Shown here in pieces: positions 1 through 9,158 of a stretch of DNA of 64,000 nucleotides. The number at the start of each line of letters is the position of its first letter. Position 1 is the stretch's first letter. Position numbers and translations under genes: made by a program. Origin of the DNA: a virus; the IMG/VR virus record IMGVR_UViG_3300049489_000400, positions 1 to 64,000 of that record. One strand, 5' to 3'. The notes under the pieces are model-generated. The model had not been told where the DNA came from and made no database searches. It saw nothing but the letters and a program-made list of their open reading frames with translations.

Positions 1-259
1 GGTTATTATTGGTTTTAGATAAATCTGATTTCAAATGACCGCTTTCTATCAAACATTGAGCATATACAACTTCTGGAAATCTGATATTAGAACTTTCTAT
101 GAATTCTTTCAAAGATGACTTATCTAATGAATCATGCTTCTTTTCCGAATAATCATTATTTATGAATTTGTAAATTGTAACCTGCTTTTCTTCTCTTGAT
201 AACAAAACAGAACATAACACAATATTCACTAATGATAATAAAATTAACAACTTTTTCAT
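1..259 (-). CDS. Glucosaminidase (GH73-like) cell-wall hydrolase/endolysin with N-terminal hydrophobic segment; 3' end runs off the window
   Basis: Not in ORF track. Hand translation from ATG 259 gives MKKLLILLSLVNIVLCSVLLS...IRFPEVVYAQCLIESGHLKSDLSKTNNN, matching the 'AQxxLESG...NNLFG' glucosaminidase motif; ATGA overlap with the upstream gene. Confidence 0.7.
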   Translation of the reverse strand, partial: MKKLLILLSLVNIVLCSVLLSREEKQVTIYKFINNDYSEKKHDSLDKSSLKEFIESSNIRFPEVVYAQCLIESGHLKSDLSKTNNN

Positions 260-498
260 GGCTTATAGTATTTGTAGATTTTCGCTCCATATTTAGAAAG
301 GAGCAGTTTTTTAGTTAAAGGTTTTAATTCTTGAGTGAATCTTAAATTCACATATTTGCCTCGCCCAGATACGAATATCAAATTGAACTCAGTATCTCCC
401 TGAAGCATGTCTTTCGCTAATTGTTTTAGTTCTTTACTAATACACTTTTGATTTGACGCTTCCTCAATCTGTTTTTCGATTCTTAATCTCCAATTCAT
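256..498 (-). CDS. Hypothetical protein
   Basis: ORF track; coupled to the downstream gene; CAAAGTTA motif 8 nt upstream. Confidence 0.7.
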   Translation of the reverse strand: MNWRLRIEKQIEEASNQKCISKELKQLAKDMLQGDTEFNLIFVSGRGKYVNLRFTQELKPLTKKLLLSKYGAKIYKYYKP

Positions 499-518
499 AT
501 AAAAGATAACTTTGTATT

Positions 519-547
519 AAAACAAAAGGAGGATTTTCATCCTCCTT
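519..547 (-). terminator. Intrinsic terminator
   Basis: AAGGAGGAT-tttc-ATCCTCCTT hairpin followed by a T-rich tract on the minus strand. Confidence 0.75.
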
Positions 548-554
548 CATTATT

Positions 555-899
555 TTACAAATAAAGTTCTTTTAAAGATACGAAGCACTCGTGGTCTTTG
601 ATATCCTTGAAACGCTTTCTCAGTATATCACCTACTTTGATAGAAGTTTCATAGATTGTCTTCTCATCAAGTTTAGTTCCTGGTTTAATCTCTCTCAATA
701 CGAAGGTCTTAATCAGAGTCTTGTTGTCCAACAAAGCAGTGAATCCACTTTCTACAACACTTAGCGGCAATACTCTAATTCCTATTCTCTCCATATCCAA
801 TTTAACCTTGTCATCTTCTATAGATATAACTGTTGCCATTCTATTGTCACGATTTGAGATTATCGCTTTACTACCGATTAATGTTACTAAATTTTCCAT
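555..899 (-). CDS. Hypothetical early protein
   Basis: ORF track; monocistron between promoter P1 and a terminator. Confidence 0.7.
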   Translation of the reverse strand: MENLVTLIGSKAIISNRDNRMATVISIEDDKVKLDMERIGIRVLPLSVVESGFTALLDNKTLIKTFVLREIKPGTKLDEKTIYETSIKVGDILRKRFKDIKDHECFVSLKELYL

Positions 900-942
900 C
901 TTTTTAAATTTTTACAAGTTTATAATTAAATTAATTCTGAAA

Positions 943-1003
943 CGAAGTTCTATGAAAAGATTTAAACTTCAATGAAAAAATTCAATTATTTTGTAAAATA
1001 TTT
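943..1003 (-). promoter_or_regulatory. Class A (host-RNAP type) promoter P1
   Basis: Minus strand ATTG(973-970)-N19-GAACTTCG(950-943) with upstream AAATATTTTACAAAATAATT; resembles the Bacteroidota TTTG-N19-21-TAnnTTTG consensus. Confidence 0.75.
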
Positions 1004-1026
1004 TTGAAAGTGTACAAATACTAGGA

Positions 1027-1980
1027 TTAATTTACAGTACTAGTCATAGCATAAATTGCCATATCTCTCCAAATTTCTTCGTTTTCTGAATCTGTTCTTA
1101 TTCCTATCACTTTGATAAGAGTACGCATATTCAAATCTCCGCAATGATTTTTGTTCTCTTCTATAAGATTCAAGCATTCTTCTTTTACCTCCATCGGAAC
1201 AATTGTTTTGATTTTAGGTAGGATTGCTCTCATTCGTTGAATCTTAGTGTCTGTATCCATAGAAAGGTCAATTGACATACTTCTACTTAGGATGGCTTGA
1301 TCAACCTTATATTGAGGAAGATTAGAAATAAAGATTATTTGACCCTCGAACTCAAAACTAGATGGCAGGTCATCAGAAAAGGAATTAGTGATCCAACTTA
1401 TTATTCGCTCATCGTAACTGTCCAAAGCACCTTTGAGAATATTTTTCGCAACATCATTCTTCAAAACTTCATCGCAATCATCGAATACGATTAGCTTATC
1501 TGAATTTTCATATAGCGTTCTGTACAAGCCTTTTGCTGTGGAGAAACCCTTAATAGTGATATAATCGGAATTTTCTTCCAACTTTCTCTTTTTGATTTCT
1601 TGCATAACAGTATAAGTCTTACCAAGACCGCCTTCACCTGTTATGACCATAGATACAGCTGTCTTTTTAACAACCATACCTACCATATTCTCTAGGAATT
1701 TGAATTTGTCATTAATATCAAATTGTTTTGGAGGCATCATATGATGAGGCATATTAGTATTTTGAGGTTGTGCAGAACTAGGATGCATATTGCCAGCATG
1801 AAAATCAACATCAGATTCTTTGACTATTTTGATTTTCTCTAATTTTCTGTCGTAAGTTTGACCATCTGATGTTCTGACAGTATGATAACCATTCTTACCT
1901 TCTTTCTCGTATTTTCCGAATACTAACTCACCTGTTCTTAATCTGATTGATACTGGTGTTCCTCTTTCTAATTTATCCAT
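1027..1980 (-). CDS. AAA+/P-loop ATPase with small N-terminal SH3/KOW-like domain
   Basis: Walker A GEGGLGKT, Walker B LIVFDD, 'ILSRS' arginine finger; start re-set to ATG 1980 (MDKLERG) because the track's TTG start lies in the U-tract of a hairpin. Confidence 0.8.
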   Translation of the reverse strand: MDKLERGTPVSIRLRTGELVFGKYEKEGKNGYHTVRTSDGQTYDRKLEKIKIVKESDVDFHAGNMHPSSAQPQNTNMPHHMMPPKQFDINDKFKFLENMVGMVVKKTAVSMVITGEGGLGKTYTVMQEIKKRKLEENSDYITIKGFSTAKGLYRTLYENSDKLIVFDDCDEVLKNDVAKNILKGALDSYDERIISWITNSFSDDLPSSFEFEGQIIFISNLPQYKVDQAILSRSMSIDLSMDTDTKIQRMRAILPKIKTIVPMEVKEECLNLIEENKNHCGDLNMRTLIKVIGIRTDSENEEIWRDMAIYAMTSTVN

Positions 1981-2000
1981 GACTGATATTATACAAAACA

Positions 2001-2044
2001 AAAACTGAATGCTATCTATAACTTTGTAAATAACATTCAGTTTA
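2001..2044 (-). terminator. Long hairpin/terminator with class B motif in its loop
   Basis: AAAACTGAATGTTAT...ATAGCATTCAGTTTT stem followed by TGTTTTG; loop contains CAAAGTTA. Confidence 0.6.
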
Positions 2045-2068
2045 TATAAAAAATGTAATATTTGTAAA

Positions 2069-2581
2069 TCAATAATTTTTCATTATTGTTTTCCAATTAT
2101 TTGCATCGCAATATTCCTTAACCATCTTAGGTGTAAATTTGTAAGATTCAGGTATCATGTGACACCATGTTGCAAATTCGCTACAAACATATTTGTCGTT
2201 TCTTTCAAATTTAGAATTAACATCAGATTTAATTCCAACTTCATCCTTTGCTATTTCTGACGGATGTTCAAGCAATAACAATTTTAAATCGTACTTACTT
2301 CCTGATTTAGACATCGCTCTCATAGCAAAAGGCTTCTCTTCCATACAGAAAGGATTCCTTTGAACCTCAAATTTATATCCATACTCAGCCATCCAAGTTC
2401 CAAAAGGTCTTGGGAATACTCCAGGTTTTTGAGCATCAATTACATATAATTGTCCCCAAATATGAATAGCGACAGCAGTATGTGTTATTTTTGACCCAGT
2501 AAAGAATGAAATTGCTCTAGGTATGAATCCACTCCCTTGACAATGAAGCAAATCTCCTGTTTTTATTACAGATAAATCCAT
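2069..2581 (-). CDS. Permuted papain-like amidase (YaeF/YiiX, C92 family)
   Basis: 'GDLL', 'THTAV', 'YVIDA', 'KYD', 'YVCSEF'; His precedes Cys (permuted order). Confidence 0.75.
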   Translation of the reverse strand: MDLSVIKTGDLLHCQGSGFIPRAISFFTGSKITHTAVAIHIWGQLYVIDAQKPGVFPRPFGTWMAEYGYKFEVQRNPFCMEEKPFAMRAMSKSGSKYDLKLLLLEHPSEIAKDEVGIKSDVNSKFERNDKYVCSEFATWCHMIPESYKFTPKMVKEYCDANNWKTIMKNY

Positions 2582-2591
2582 ATGATTGATT

Positions 2592-2909
2592 TTAGTAGTT
2601 TGCAGCTATGTAGTTTGTAATAGTATTATAAATCCTATCCCAAAGTTCTTGAGTGACATATCCAGCAACAGGTACAAGTTCGCACTTCTCTTTAGCAGTT
2701 ACCCACCATCCTAATTGAATAGAATTTATAACCTCAGCAAATGCTTCTTCAATACTTCTATTAACCTCTCTAGGGTAATTATTTTGTAAAGCATTCAATC
2801 TCAATTCAGCCATCATTAAATTCAGGCTCTGAAGACCATCTCTCTGTCTTTTTTCATATTGTATGAATTCATCAGAAATAGGATTTTTATTATCTAATTG
2901 ATTTTCCAT
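2592..2909 (-). CDS. Hypothetical protein, possible fibre assembly chaperone
   Basis: ORF track; directly downstream of the fibre gene. Confidence 0.55.
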   Translation of the reverse strand: MENQLDNKNPISDEFIQYEKRQRDGLQSLNLMMAELRLNALQNNYPREVNRSIEEAFAEVINSIQLGWWVTAKEKCELVPVAGYVTQELWDRIYNTITNYIAANY

Positions 2910-2914
2910 GATTA

Positions 2915-3976
2915 TTAATTATGTAGTAAATCCATTCTTGAAAAATGCAACAATTTAGAACCTGTTGTAGTGTTGATTATTTCTGCACAGAAACCTAATC
3001 TTGTTCCAATAGGAATTATTGAAGTCAACTCTACTTCTACTGATCCATTTACAGAAAAATAATACTTATTAGCAGCATAATCTGTTCTTATCTTGAATTT
3101 GTAGATTGTATTAGGTTGTATCGTCCCTATTGCTGCAGTAAGTTGCTGAGTGGTATTATTATCAACTACACCTCTCCAAGATGTATCTCCTGCTGCTGTA
3201 GAATATCTAAATGAAATATTTACACCAGGCTGATTATCAAGATTTTGAAGTGTCTGATTGATCATACCTACCCAAATCCTTTGATTAGTTATATCAGAAC
3301 CAGTCTTTATAACACATTCAAAATCAGGATTTGACGCAATAGGATGCTCTATGAATGATGCTGTCTCAATCCCTGCAAAACTTCCAGCAGAATTTCCTGT
3401 TGTGTAGCCTGTTAAATTAGTAACATCATCGGTAGTATTAGCTGCTGTTCCAAATCCTGTAGTCACCGTTCCCGATGAAACACGACTTCCATTAGTTGCT
3501 CTTACAAAATAGTAAGATTTAACAGTCGCTCTTCTTACATCTACAGAATCCCCAGGGTCACCCTTTGGTCCTTGAATACCTTGATCTCCTTGTAATCCTT
3601 GCAAACCTTGAATACCTTGATCACCAGTATCTCCTTTGTCGCCTTTGTCACCCTTATCCCCCTTTATTCCTTGTATACCTTGGATTCCTTGTATACCCTG
3701 AATACCTTGGATTCCTTGTTCACCCTTTTCACCATTAGTTACTTGAAAAGTTCCTAATATCAATGTTTCAGATGAATCTCCATAAACAGTATATGTATCT
3801 GTAAAGCCTTGCTCTCCAGAAGTTCCTCCAGGATTAGTAGTAGAAGTAAATTCTATATGATCAATACCTTGACCGTCAGCACCATCTCTTCCTGGTTCTC
3901 CCTGTGGTCCAGGTGCTCCTCCCCCAGAATCCTTCTTTCTGAGTTTACCTAAAATTGCATCGAATGTAATAGCCAT
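2915..3976 (-). CDS. Collagen-like (Gly-X-Y) fibre protein with C-terminal lectin-like beta domain
   Basis: GIQ/GDK triplet repeats; beta-rich C-terminus; start re-set to ATG 3976 (TAATG coupling). Confidence 0.75.
   Translation of the reverse strand: MAITFDAILGKLRKKDSGGGAPGPQGEPGRDGADGQGIDHIEFTSTTNPGGTSGEQGFTDTYTVYGDSSETLILGTFQVTNGEKGEQGIQGIQGIQGIQGIQGIKGDKGDKGDKGDTGDQGIQGLQGLQGDQGIQGPKGDPGDSVDVRRATVKSYYFVRATNGSRVSSGTVTTGFGTAANTTDDVTNLTGYTTGNSAGSFAGIETASFIEHPIASNPDFECVIKTGSDITNQRIWVGMINQTLQNLDNQPGVNISFRYSTAAGDTSWRGVVDNNTTQQLTAAIGTIQPNTIYKFKIRTDYAANKYYFSVNGSVEVELTSIIPIGTRLGFCAEIINTTTGSKLLHFSRMDLLHN
3550..3732 (-). repeat. 9-nt tandem repeats encoding collagen triplets (GIQ)n and (GDK)n
   Basis: Plus strand cttgtatacc/ttggattcc/ctttgtcgcc type units. 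Confidence 0.85.
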
Positions 3977-4227
3977 TATCTTGAGTATGATAGTGTCGCT
4001 CTTTCTGACCACTTGTTTTTAAACTCCGTAGAACCAGATGCATATTCTGGAGTTGTCAAACCTCCTGCCTCTGTTATTCGGATTATAAGCCATTCTGGTT
4101 TATCAAATCCTGTTCCTAATCTCTTACAATATCCGATATATGTGACACCACCTACAACTTCTGTCATAGGTAGTGGAACACTTTGGTCGAAATTTAAAAA
4201 AGTCGGTGCTAATTTACTTCCAAACAT
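3976..4227 (-). CDS. Small virion-associated hypothetical protein
   Basis: 'TYIGY...W.I.RI...W..R..LSY' pattern often seen next to fibre genes. Confidence 0.6.
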   Translation of the reverse strand: MFGSKLAPTFLNFDQSVPLPMTEVVGGVTYIGYCKRLGTGFDKPEWLIIRITEAGGLTTPEYASGSTEFKNKWSERATLSYSR

Positions 4228-4238
4228 ATCTCTAATTA

Positions 4239-5084
4239 TTAAAATTTCAACGCAATCATTTGTCTTGCTGTTAATTCATATTCTTTCTTATCATCAAGAT
4301 GATTAGCATACAAATCAATCATTTTCAATTCAGCACAAGAATCAATCCATTTGTAAACAAGATTGTTGTACTTACTGTTAGCTTCTGCTTCTTCAGGTGT
4401 GTTACAGGCACGACAACTTTCGTCAGAATCAGAAACATCATGCATAGAATTGTTAGTGTTATAATAAGTTTGATTCCAATTAAACACTTTGTAAGGCACA
4501 ACAATTGATTCTCTATTACCCCATAAATTAGGTTTTTCTGAAGGGGTCATAGTGCATTTTTCTAATGCTTCTTCAATCTCCTCAGCAATCTTATCGTTTT
4601 CTGCTTGTTCGGCCACTCTCGCTGCTGCGAATTGAGCCTTGATATCTTTACCAGATTTCTTAAAAACGATTTTGTCTGAGTACTCAAAAGCATCTAAATG
4701 AGATTTTTCCAACTCATCCCCTTCTTTCCCTTTTTGAAGTTCCTCAACATTCTTAGATTTCTCCATCACATAAACATAACGCTCCATACCTGGGCCATCA
4801 TTAATGAAGATTCTTTCTAATTTTTGCATGTCGCTTTTTGCTTTCTCTAAGATAGCATTTACTTCTGGAGTATCATTGAAACCTCCCTTGATGATTTCCC
4901 CTCCGACAGCTTCAGAGACATTTTTCACGAAACTATCAATACCAGCCTTTTCAAGAACAATGAATTTGTCTTTCGGAAATGACATATTGAATTCTTCAGT
5001 TGAATAAGATTTTTCGATGTTGGTGAAACCGCTCATATTAAGTCTATGAGAGAATTTATTAGAATCTAAGAATAAATTTTCCAT
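4239..5084 (-). CDS. Putative head-internal protein with repeated [LIM]-x-K-[SAG] motifs
   Basis: IEKS, LEKA, IIKG, LEKA, MEKS, LQKG and LEKS all lie in the N-terminal half. Confidence 0.55.
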   Translation of the reverse strand: MENLFLDSNKFSHRLNMSGFTNIEKSYSTEEFNMSFPKDKFIVLEKAGIDSFVKNVSEAVGGEIIKGGFNDTPEVNAILEKAKSDMQKLERIFINDGPGMERYVYVMEKSKNVEELQKGKEGDELEKSHLDAFEYSDKIVFKKSGKDIKAQFAAARVAEQAENDKIAEEIEEALEKCTMTPSEKPNLWGNRESIVVPYKVFNWNQTYYNTNNSMHDVSDSDESCRACNTPEEAEANSKYNNLVYKWIDSCAELKMIDLYANHLDDKKEYELTARQMIALKF

Positions 5085-5129
5085 TTTTTATCGTTTTACT
5101 CCAATAATATCTGTATGACCAGATAACAT

Positions 5130-5160
5130 AAAAATTGACGATATACTTAAACATCGTCAA
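5130..5160 (-). terminator. Probable intrinsic terminator
   Basis: TTGACGAT...ATCGTCAA hairpin plus T tract on the minus strand. Confidence 0.55.
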
Positions 5161-5187
5161 CTTCTAAGAATTAATTTATTGTAAAAC

Positions 5188-5988
5188 TCAACCTATCATT
5201 TTTCTTTGTATAGGCTTGGAAGTACCAACTCCCTTATTGATTTGAACATTACGTCCAGTCTCAACCCCTTTAGAATAAGCACCTCCAGCGTGACTCATCT
5301 TAGTTCCTCTAGCTTTTCCAGACCTCCCCCATTTCTTATCGACAAAGCTAGTCAAAGCAGCTTCATTATTTTTTACGATAACTAAGGCAGAACAACCAAT
5401 CTCAGCAATCGCTTCTTCAGTACTGTTCTCTTTAACGAATTTCTCCATTTCAGCACGAAGTTTATCATCAAGTCCGTCAGCACATCCCTTTATGAAAGTT
5501 CTCATATAGGTATCTAATCCTACTGCTGGTTCGATGTTTAAACCATCTGCTTTCATTTGATTCCATTCTGGAATGTACTCTTCTTTGTATTTCTTCTTTC
5601 CTACTTTAAGGAATATTGGAGTAACAACTGAATGTATGTATTTGCAGATTTCGATATTTTCTGGAGTACCTACAATAATCATTTGATTATCCTTACCTTT
5701 TCCGATTATGTAAGCCTTACACCAGTTGTTTCTAGCAATAGCGTTAAATATCCAGAAATTAGTTCTACTTCCAATACTAGGTATTTTTAAAGCGAAACTG
5801 CTTTCTGTTATTTCATCCTCTCTCTTTTCGATACTTATATCTCCAATTGAAAGATTGTATTTGTTAAGTAAATTTTGAATCTTCGTAGCAAACGCTTCTG
5901 CCTCTTCTACAGAACCCATCTCAAGTGCTGACTGCTGGTGAGCCATCAACTTCTTGATTTTTTCCATTATTTCTTTAGACTTTTCCAT
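5188..5988 (-). CDS. DUF2786-family protein
   Basis: N-terminal 'EKIKKLMA...EEAEAFATKIQNLLNKYNLS' and C-terminal 'AYSKGVETGRNVQIN' are typical of the family. Confidence 0.75.
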   Translation of the reverse strand: MEKSKEIMEKIKKLMAHQQSALEMGSVEEAEAFATKIQNLLNKYNLSIGDISIEKREDEITESSFALKIPSIGSRTNFWIFNAIARNNWCKAYIIGKGKDNQMIIVGTPENIEICKYIHSVVTPIFLKVGKKKYKEEYIPEWNQMKADGLNIEPAVGLDTYMRTFIKGCADGLDDKLRAEMEKFVKENSTEEAIAEIGCSALVIVKNNEAALTSFVDKKWGRSGKARGTKMSHAGGAYSKGVETGRNVQINKGVGTSKPIQRKMIG

Positions 5989-5990
5989 GA

Positions 5991-6116
5991 TTAACCTCCT
6001 ATTAAGATTAGAAAATAATACATTCCGAATATCATACTCAAATATACCACGCTAAGTATCAATTCTTTAGGCTCATTCTTAGCCGCACTGTACAAAACTT
6101 TAAACATTGTTTTCAT
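5991..6116 (-). CDS. Small membrane protein (41 aa)
   Basis: Hand translation MKTMFKVLYSAAKNEPKELILSVVYLSMIFGMYYFLILIGG; fills the gap exactly. Confidence 0.6.
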   Translation of the reverse strand: MKTMFKVLYSAAKNEPKELILSVVYLSMIFGMYYFLILIGG

Positions 6117-6131
6117 AGTAACTTTGTTAGA

Positions 6132-6398
6132 TTAATCTTGTAAAAAATTTCCAATATATAATTTACCTTCTACGAAAGTAGGTTCATACTCCTTATGATC
6201 AGCTGTCATATCATCTAACTCGTAGAATTCAGTAGTACAAGCTAGTTTTAATTCGTTACATACAGCAATTACTGGATACTCATCTCCCTTAAATGGGTGC
6301 TCAACAAAGATGATTTCTTGACCTAGACTATTAATCATTCTACCGTACTCAGTAGGATTATTAGACATCAATTTTTCGTAGTTTAACATATTATTCAT
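6132..6398 (-). CDS. Hypothetical early protein
   Basis: ORF track; first gene after promoter P2. Confidence 0.7.
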   Translation of the reverse strand: MNNMLNYEKLMSNNPTEYGRMINSLGQEIIFVEHPFKGDEYPVIAVCNELKLACTTEFYELDDMTADHKEYEPTFVEGKLYIGNFLQD

Positions 6399-6426
6399 TT
6401 TTTACAAGTTTTAATTAATTCTGAAA

Positions 6427-6487
6427 CGAAGTTCTATGTTATTTTACAAACTACAAAATTTTTTTACAATTATTTTGTAAAATATTT
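6427..6487 (-). promoter_or_regulatory. Class A promoter P2
   Basis: TTTG(6457-6454)-N19-GAACTTCG(6434-6427); shares CATAGAACTTCGTTTCAGAATTAATT and the upstream 20-mer with P1. Confidence 0.8.
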
Positions 6488-6876
6488 TATATTTTGTCGT
6501 AAACGCTAACTAATCTATCGTTGCTATCAAAGAATAAATCTTCAATAGAATCAAGATTTTCAGGATTTACCCACTTATAATCTTCATGTTCGTCACTAAT
6601 CGAAACATTTGAATTCTTATCTAAATCAACAGAAAAATAGCTTGATATTGTCTCGTCTTCATTTTTAATAGAAGTTACATACATAACTCTATCAACAACT
6701 ATGCCAGTTTCTTCAAACAGTTCTCTTATCGCTGCCTCTTGAATATTTTCACCCTTATCTACCTTACCTCCAGGCAAAGACCATTTCAAAGGTTCAAGGT
6801 CATCCTCTGAACTCCTTCTTAACAATAATATATCACCGTTGTTGTTATGAACAAATATGTCTGAATATAATCTCAT
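6487..6876 (-). CDS. Nudix hydrolase
   Basis: Nudix box GGKVDKGENIQEAAIRELFEETGI; SDEH motif. Confidence 0.9.
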   Translation of the reverse strand: MRLYSDIFVHNNNGDILLLRRSSEDDLEPLKWSLPGGKVDKGENIQEAAIRELFEETGIVVDRVMYVTSIKNEDETISSYFSVDLDKNSNVSISDEHEDYKWVNPENLDSIEDLFFDSNDRLVSVYDKI

Positions 6877-6877
6877 C

Positions 6878-7444
6878 TTAGTCGTTATTATAGTCTGGAT
6901 GCTCTCTGTTGTACATTATAAAATCACTCCATTCGTAAAGAGTTTCTGGCTCTACGATTTCTTCATATTCTTTCTTCCTGATTTTCAGTTCAAGTTTCTC
7001 CATTAATTCAGGAAGTTTTTCATAACGTTTTCTCATCTCTTTAATCTTCCAAGATGGAGCATCTAATCTCTGATCATACAAATCACCATGTTCAGCTTCA
7101 AAGAATTCATCTAATTTGCCTTGTTCACGATATAGTTCTATGTATTTTTTAGCAGCATTTTCAGAAGCAATATTTCTTTTAGTAGATTCTTTAGTTTCAA
7201 CAAATTTAGAATCTGATTCTTTTTTAGGCTGTCTTCTCCAATCGAATTTCCCATTAGGTAATTTTGTCCAAACTCTGGTTATCCCATCCTTACCAACTTT
7301 TGTTTCACCAACATTTCTTGCCTTTTCTAAAAGTTGATTCGATGTAGAATCTTTGATTCTCACATCATCTTTATTGACGATACCTTTAAGAATATTCACC
7401 TTACGCTCTTCTATTCTGTTTTGTATAGACTTTTCGATTTCCAT
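6878..7444 (-). CDS. Putative head-internal protein
   Basis: IEKS, ILKG and LEKA motifs followed by 'RNVGETKVGKDGITRVWTKLPNGKFDWRR'; adjacent to TerL. Confidence 0.5.
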   Translation of the reverse strand: MEIEKSIQNRIEERKVNILKGIVNKDDVRIKDSTSNQLLEKARNVGETKVGKDGITRVWTKLPNGKFDWRRQPKKESDSKFVETKESTKRNIASENAAKKYIELYREQGKLDEFFEAEHGDLYDQRLDAPSWKIKEMRKRYEKLPELMEKLELKIRKKEYEEIVEPETLYEWSDFIMYNREHPDYNND

Positions 7445-7471
7445 ATTGCAAACTTTTAAAGATTATAGTTG

Positions 7472-9154
7472 TTACAAGAATCTGAAATTAAATCCTTCAC
7501 TTATCTTCTTAGCTGCTACAGATGTTAACCATAAAGACATAGCCTGGTCATCATGTTCGCCCACTCCTTCAAGTCCTTTGTCAGTCCAAGTGACTGAAGA
7601 AAGTTCTAAAGCAAGAGAATCGCTTATGTCCTTTGACTCTTGATTTCCTCTTGGAGTTCTTATCTTTCCTCGCTCGTAAAGTATTGCTAGTCCTGGCAAA
7701 CCAGCTTTCAAATCGTATTTATTCTTACCAGTCGTATGACCTTGAACTGGTAGTCCAGCCTTTTCTGATTCTTGAACGAATATTTGCTGGAATACGTTAT
7801 CCTCCATAACCATTATATCAGGCTGAAATGACTGATTTATCCCTTTAAGAACCGCTAACTGCTCAGCAAATGTTTTTCCTTTAAATCTAGTGATATTCAT
7901 CAACCACATATTGTCGTTCTCATCTATACCAGCTGTTATGATAACCGTATAATCGGCTCCAACCGAACTAGATATTGAAAAGTCAATCCCACAAACAACT
8001 CTATCGAATGTTCTTTTGTAAGCACTTCTACTTCTTACGAAAGTATAATCTTCCATTCTAACATAAGACAATTCTATGATATGTTGCGGGAAAATAGATG
8101 ACTCGTTGGTAACTGGTCTACATAAATTCTCTCTTGAGAAAATCATATTGCCTTGAGTTTCTCTTTTGTCCATCAATCCTTCAAATCCCCAACGCTCACG
8201 CCAAAGGATTCTACCATCTGGGAAGATAGCAGGATATTCACGAACATGCCAGTTAGCTTTTGTTTTTAAATCTCCATAAAGGTCATTAGCATGGAATGGT
8301 GTTCCTACAACTCCTACTTGACCATCAGGAACAATCATGTTCATAATTACCGCATGGAAATAGTCTATTGACTTCTTTCTCTGAACAGATGAATAGATAA
8401 CGTTATCTTTCAGACCGTCATCAATCATAATGTAACCAGGGTGAGCACCACGAACCGATGATCCAAAACCTTTCGTTGTTACTCTGGCTCCATTCTTGGC
8501 TACAATATCCGTTTTCGCCCATCCGTCACCACGACCTGGAAATAGTTTCTCCCTTAATTCATCATTTTCTTCAATAGTCGATTTCAGAATATCTAAAAGG
8601 TCAACCGCCTGTTGTTGAGAGAATGAGAACAAGAAACCTCTTTTGGACAATGCTAAATCCTTTCTAGGTCTTCCAAATCCTACAACAGGCTGATAACGGT
8701 ACATTTTCCAAGCAAAGTAAGCATTACTCCAGTAGTAAGATTTACCGTGGTCACGAGCAGCAATTATGTTAAACTTGTTATACCTCTGCGCAATGTCTCC
8801 CCATTCTAAGTGATGCCAATTCAAATCGAATTGAGGCATTTTAGAAAGTATGAAATATGTTAAATTCTCAATACATAAAGTTTCTTCGATTGTTGAAGTC
8901 AAGTGGTCCATATAACCTAACTTAGCATCAATAGCATTCTTTCTTCCATAAAGAACACCATATGTCTCTTCGATTATGATTTTGTAAATTTCATCTACAT
9001 CACTTTCATAACCTCCCATCAACTCCTTCAACCCTGTTTCGTCAAGATTGACTATGACCTCATCGAGAATACGATATGCCTCATCCATCTTTTCAATAGA
9101 CAAGGCATTACCGAACTTCCCTAGAATCGAATAATCTTCATCCTCTAAGAACAT
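7472..9154 (-). CDS. terL: Terminase large subunit
   Basis: Walker A AARDHGKS, Walker B IMIDD, 'VGTP' motif, nuclease GIDFS...ADYT...HDD. Confidence 0.92.
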   Translation of the reverse strand: MFLEDEDYSILGKFGNALSIEKMDEAYRILDEVIVNLDETGLKELMGGYESDVDEIYKIIIEETYGVLYGRKNAIDAKLGYMDHLTSTIEETLCIENLTYFILSKMPQFDLNWHHLEWGDIAQRYNKFNIIAARDHGKSYYWSNAYFAWKMYRYQPVVGFGRPRKDLALSKRGFLFSFSQQQAVDLLDILKSTIEENDELREKLFPGRGDGWAKTDIVAKNGARVTTKGFGSSVRGAHPGYIMIDDGLKDNVIYSSVQRKKSIDYFHAVIMNMIVPDGQVGVVGTPFHANDLYGDLKTKANWHVREYPAIFPDGRILWRERWGFEGLMDKRETQGNMIFSRENLCRPVTNESSIFPQHIIELSYVRMEDYTFVRSRSAYKRTFDRVVCGIDFSISSSVGADYTVIITAGIDENDNMWLMNITRFKGKTFAEQLAVLKGINQSFQPDIMVMEDNVFQQIFVQESEKAGLPVQGHTTGKNKYDLKAGLPGLAILYERGKIRTPRGNQESKDISDSLALELSSVTWTDKGLEGVGEHDDQAMSLWLTSVAAKKISEGFNFRFL

Positions 9155-9158
9155 ATGA

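Noticed and set aside
3550-3732. CRISPR array or diversity-generating repeat
   Set aside because: These are in-frame collagen codon repeats without spacers; no reverse transcriptase or cas gene was seen
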